Shown here one piece after another: positions 58,976-64,000 of a stretch of DNA of 64,000 bases (position 1 is the stretch's first letter; every line of letters starts with the position of its first letter). The notes under the pieces are model-generated. The model saw nothing but the letters and a program-made list of their open reading frames with translations. It did not search any database and was not told the DNA's origin. This DNA is from Haliotis rubra (Eukaryota), in NCBI RefSeq assembly GCF_003918875.1, contig NW_025767224.1:1984001-2048000 (forward strand), in the 5' to 3' direction. The translations under genes and the position numbers were made by a program.

Positions 58976-61701
58976 TCAATTGACGTGAATTCCAAGCATG
59001 CCGAACAACGGGTTCCAGTGAAGCAGTGCTGGTGGAATGTTTGACGCCTCTGCGATCAGGGCCTGAAACAGGAAATCATGTGTAAACTGGACCAGGAACC
59101 ACATCCTGCATACCGCCACCAAGATACGGAGGTGCTGAAATGTAACTGCCATGGCTTCAGCAGATGACGAGAAGCGGTACTACCCAGGTTAACACAATAT
59201 ACAAGTTAAAACATTGATGCAACGGTCAGTTTAAAGAATCATGGGACCTCGGCATTGTTTACCTAAGCTATACCGTAACGTATGGCAGAGTTGCGTCCCT
59301 TGGGCTCACCAGAACCCTGTGATCGTCGGATAGACGCACGGTTTGTCACGCTTATGTTTCTAGGTTTGTCAGCACCATGTTGCTGTGTTTCTAGTCGGTA
59401 CAGTGTATATAATACCACCGTTTGATTCTCGGTACAGTGTATATAACAGCAACGTTTGATAGTCTGTACAGTATATATAACACCACCGTTTGATTCTCGG
59501 TATAGTGAATATAACACCAACGTTTGATTGTCGGTACAGTATATATAACACCACCGTTTGATTCTCGGTACAGTACATATAACACCAACGTTTGATTGTC
59601 GGTACAGTGTATATAACACCAACGTTTGATGGTCGGTACAGTATATATAACACCACCGTTTGATTGTCGGTACAGTGTATATATAACACCAACGTTTGAT
59701 AGTCGGTACAGTGTATATAACACCAACGTTTGATAGTCGGTACAGTGTATATAACACAAACGTTTGATAGTCGGTACAGTGTATATATAACACCAACGTT
59801 TGATTGTCGGTACTGTTTTTACAACAGCAACGTTCGTGCCAGATCATTTGACAGTGTCAACAAAATAATGGTTATCTTACCTGGCTGAGATAACGAGTCA
59901 AGTTGTGGATGTGCCTAACTGGCAGATCTGTGCAGAGAAAACATTGAACAATGTAGTCATCATAGCAAATATGGAACCGGCATATCTTACTCTTGAAAGA
60001 GTGAGATCTATGAAACCACAATCATCTTATATATAGATCGGTAAAAGATTCCGAGTGATATAAAAGTGATGACTTCAACTTTCAAATAGTGCACTTTCTC
60101 TTTATGTCGAGCAAGAGCACATATTTCATTTGTTGATAGGGTTTGTCGCTTTTGTTTTAAGATCAGTTAATATCATTCAACATGCAAACTTAATAGCTAA
60201 AGTCTTTGTTCTAGGGATATGGCGGTGGTCTGTAAATAACTGAGTCTGGACCAGACAATCCAGTGACCAACATCATGAACGTAGATCTACGCAATTGGGA
60301 ACCGATGACACGTGTCAACCGAGTCAGCTAAGGTAAGCTTTAAGACGACATGGCTCCCACACGAGATGAACTGTACGACAGCTAATGAAACCTCCCCCTT
60401 CCTGATATGAGCTGTGAGACAGTCAATGACCCCTACATGTTTCAGCTATCAGACATGTAATATCTCTAACCGAGATGAACGGGAAAACAGTCAATGAACC
60501 CTACGTGATATGAGTTGTAGGAGAGTTCACGACCCTACGTGATATGAGTTGAAGGAGAGTTCACGACCCTACGTGATATGAGTTGAAGGAAAGGTTACGA
60601 CCCTACGTGATATGAGCTGTAAGAGAGGTCATGACCCCTACCTGATATGAGTTGTAGGAGAGGTCACGACTCTAGCCGATATGAGCTGTAAGAGAGATCA
60701 CGACTCTACCTGATATGAGTTGTAGGAGAGGTCACGACCCTACATGATATGAGTTGTAGGAGAGGTCACGACCCTACATGATATGAGCTCTAAGACAGGT
60801 CACGACCCTACATGATATGAGCTGTAGGAGAGGTCACGACCCTACATGATATGAGTTGTAGGAGAGGTCACGACCCTACATGATATGAGCGTGATATGAG
60901 CTGTAGGAGAGGTCACGACCCTACATGATATGAGTTGTAGGAGAGGTCACGACCCTACATGATATGAGCGTGATATGAGCTGTAGGAGAGGTCACGACCC
61001 TACATGATATGAGTTGTAGGAGAGGTCACGACCCTACATGATATGAGTTGTAGGAGAGGTCACGACCCTACATGATATGAGTTGTAGGAGAGGTCACGAC
61101 CCTACCTGATATGAGTTGTAGGAGAGGTCACGACCCTACGTGATATGAGCTGTAGGAGAGGTCACGACCCTACATGATATGAGTTGTAGGAGAGGTCACG
61201 ACCCTACGTGATATGAGCTGTAGGAGAGGTCACGACCCCTACCTGATATGAGTTGTAGGAGAGGTCACGACTCTAGCCGATATGAGCTGTAAGAGAGGTC
61301 ACGACCCTACCTGATATGAGCTGTAAGAGAGGTCACGACCCTACCTGTTATGAGCTGTAGGAGAAAATGGCCCCTACCTGATATGAGCTGTAAGAAAAGT
61401 AATGGCCCCTACCTGAGATGAGCTGTAAGAGAGGTCACGACCCTACCTGTTATGAGCTGTAGGAGAAGTAATGGCCCCTACCTGAGATGAGCTGTAAGAG
61501 AGGTAATGGCCCCACCAAGTCCAGGAACTCCTTCAGCTCATTTTTTTCAGCTGTAGCCACCAGCTGCGCCAACAGGACCCTCTCCTGCTGAGGCAGCCCA
61601 GCCAACACATGTCCTTGTACAAACTCCTGCAGCTTATGCTCTAGCTCCGTAGCATTGCAGGCAACACAGAAGACGATCAGGACAATCACGCTCAGCCTCA
61701 T
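58976..61701 (-). CDS. Small secreted, probably all-helical protein of unknown function (117 aa)
   Basis: Exons 61701-61482, 59927-59881, 59062-58976 (220+47+87 nt, phases match): MRLSVIVLIVFCVACNATELEHKLQEFVQGHVLAGLPQQERVLLAQLVATAEKNELKEFLDLVGPLPLLQLISDLPVRHIHNLTRYLSQALIAEASNIPPALLHWNPLFGMLGIHVN*. An acceptor ctctttccag lies just before the ATG. Confidence 0.75.
59393..59815. repeat. Minisatellite of about 37 bp
   Basis: Unit tcggtacagtgtatataacaccaacgtttgat(t/a)g. Confidence 0.93.
60490..61512. repeat. 34-bp minisatellite derived from the exon end/splice donor of the orphan gene
   Basis: Unit gatatgagttgtaggagaggtcacgaccctacat. The minus strand reads ctctcttacagctcatatca(g/t/c)GTAGGG, matching the real junction at 61482/61481. 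Confidence 0.93.
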
Positions 61702-61917
61702 TCTGGAAAGAGGTCAACTAAACAAATCACACTTTGGTCTCGCAGTCTCTCAGGTGGGCGATGTTCATAATGTAGCAATCATTGGATTGTTTGGTGCACA
61801 CTTGATTACGTACATGTCGTGAACTAGACAGAATACAGCTGAGTCCCTATGACTCAGTAGCGCCACCCCATCTCCTGTAATCCTGTATACACTCACACAT
61901 ACACACCCCAACCCCAT

Positions 61918-62180
61918 TGTCTCTCTTTTTTCATTCTCCCTTTTCTCTCTCTCTCATTTCTCTCTCTCTCTCTCTCTGACACTCTCGCTTTCCCCCTTTC
62001 TGCCTGTCTCGCTCTCTCATTTCTCTCCCTCTTCTCGCTTCTCTGTCTCCCTACCCTTTTCTCTGAATCTATCTTTTCACCTTCTCTCTCCCCTTGGTTC
62101 CCAATTTCCTCTTCACCGCACCCTCCATCCTCCCCCTCTCTCTCCTGTCTTCTTCTTCTATCACTTCCCCCTCTCCCCAT
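61918..62180. repeat. CT-rich low-complexity tract
   Basis: (ct)n and polypyrimidine runs. Confidence 0.9.
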
Positions 62181-62419
62181 GCAGTGATGTATTGTTGGAT
62201 CAGCCCAACATACACATCTATTTGGAATAATGTCTTATGTATTTTTTAATCGATCCCCGGTCAGATGTTCGTCGTGTCCGCAGTTGGCTTGTTTCACACG
62301 AGTGTCAGTGTTTACAGACATTCAGTCTCTGCTGATGATGAGCCATAGATGGGAGTAGGCAGATAAACTGGTGACTATGTAGCGGTCATCTGGTCAAATG
62401 ACACACTCATTACAAGAAG

Positions 62420-62790
62420 CGCACATGAAACACACGTGAAACACTCAAGCAACAAACATGAAGCACACATGAAACACTCATGAAGCACACGTGAAACAAT
62501 CAAGACACACTCAAGAAACAAACACGAAACACACGTGAAACACTCATGAAGCACACGCGAATCAGTCAAGACACACTCAAGAAACAAACACGAAACACAC
62601 GTGAAACACTCATGGGGCACACATGGAGCACACATGAAACACTCAAGAAACAAACATGAAACACACGTGAAACACTCATGCAGCAGACTGGAAACACGCG
62701 AAACACTCAAGGAGAAAACATGAAACTTACGTGAAACACTCATGAAGCACAGACGAATCGCAAATGAATACATGAAGCACAAATGCAGCA
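62420..62790. repeat. Degenerate CA-rich tandem repeat
   Basis: Recurring gaaacacacgtgaaacactca(t/a)gaa. Confidence 0.8.
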
Positions 62791-64000
62791 CACATACACG
62801 TGAAGCAGCTTCAGGTATTTCATTAGTCGTTGGAAATTAACCTGTATTGCATAAATGTTCTTCAATGTTGTACCACAGCAGTATGTTAATTATGGTAACT
62901 ATGCCAGACAAACTAGCGGGAGACTGCATGGTCTCACCATCGGTACACGATCAACTATCTCCAGGTTAATCTTACAAATATTACTTCTGGCCTCTTGTAT
63001 TTCATAGGCATTATTGAAGACGTTGGTACAGCATAAGGACAAAATTGTTGACCTTTGGTCAACAACAGGATATTGTAGAACTCTAGTTTGCAAGATATCG
63101 TCACGTGAGAGGGTCACATTCAAATGTTCAAATGTTCATTCAAACGGTAGGGGTATGCCGGAGATACAAATGGCACTGTACACTCTGTTTACAGCAGAGA
63201 CACCATATGGCGCTTTCACTCCACATATCATTGACGTCATATCAGAAATGTCAGAACATTGAAAAATATAACCGCTCTCTAAATGTGTCTCACATTTCAT
63301 GGATCTGACTGAGTAGGGTTTGCCTGCGTCACTCCTGGCGCCAATTCGCGTTAAGCTGACGCAGTTATGAACGGGGCTAGCAAAGAAAATGCCAGAGATT
63401 CAGCAACGAATCCAATGTTTCGAACAGAACATGTTAACAATTAACAATCGTGTTGCTATATGAAATATGAGTGGTTATAAAGTGGTGCTATTCCGTTATC
63501 AAGGCTACATACAAAATCCTTCTACACTATTGGGTCCATATGACAAGCGAACATAGCGCTCAGACCACCGTAACTCTCATACCTTAACATACACAGTCTG
63601 AGCGTTATGACCGCTTTGATGGATTGAAGTGTGTGTATATTAGTATAGTTTCATGTAATGAACTATAGGTACCTGCTGCTCAGAAGACTGCGAGCTGTGA
63701 AGAAGAATGACAACGTGTCAGTAGCGCAGCTTGTCAGATTTCGCGAGATCTCGTCAAAGGACGTGACTTATCACCACACTGACGATTCCCACTGCGTGGG
63801 AGGTTTCACATTTGGCTGTGTATATACAAGTTGTTACCGGTGGTTCCTGGTGGGATATCAGACCCTATCTAGTACCACGGAGACAGACGTCGACAGAGGT
63901 TGTTGTGCAGGGTTCCGTCGCCAGTCATGAGTTCGAATCTGTATATAAGTCTCGCGGTGTAAGCACACATCAAGTTCTTGTATCACCCAAATATCAAGTA

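Noticed and set aside
61893-62791. Arg/Glu-rich and Cys-rich ORFs
   Set aside because: They are translations of CT-rich and CA-rich low-complexity DNA.

Overview
Eukaryotic, intron-rich and repeat-rich animal DNA. The repeat families and gene content suggest a mollusc, possibly a gastropod such as abalone (inference only). I reconstructed six spliced genes by hand from GT-AG sites and reading phase. (1) The 3' 11 exons of an adhesion GPCR (+, 258-8268). (2) A secreted stand-alone bacterial-type SH3 (SH3b-like) protein (-, 16474-12802). (3) Its paralogue, a 6-exon, 249-aa secreted protein fusing the same SH3b-like domain to a zinc DD-peptidase/Hedgehog-fold (M15/LAS-type) domain with SRHxxGxAxD and EGDHIH motifs (-, 30085-20792). 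The ORF track shows only fragments of this gene and misses the catalytic exon. It looks like a bacterial peptidoglycan hydrolase domesticated with introns and disulfides. (4) A PAN/apple + C-type-lectin-like protein (+, 39273-44437). (5) A polyprotein precursor carrying tandem copies of a 37-aa His-rich, amphipathic, probably amidated peptide (+, 52732-54154). (6) A 117-aa secreted orphan (-, 61701-58976). The best candidate for an undescribed system is the SH3b-peptidase plus SH3b-only pair, within a run of small secreted, defence-like genes. The rest is SINEs, LINE fragments, three Tc1 elements, MITEs, Penelope-like palindromes with hammerhead-like cores and many minisatellites, three of which are seeded on exon/splice-donor junctions. 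No database searches were run, so family calls rest on motifs read by eye.
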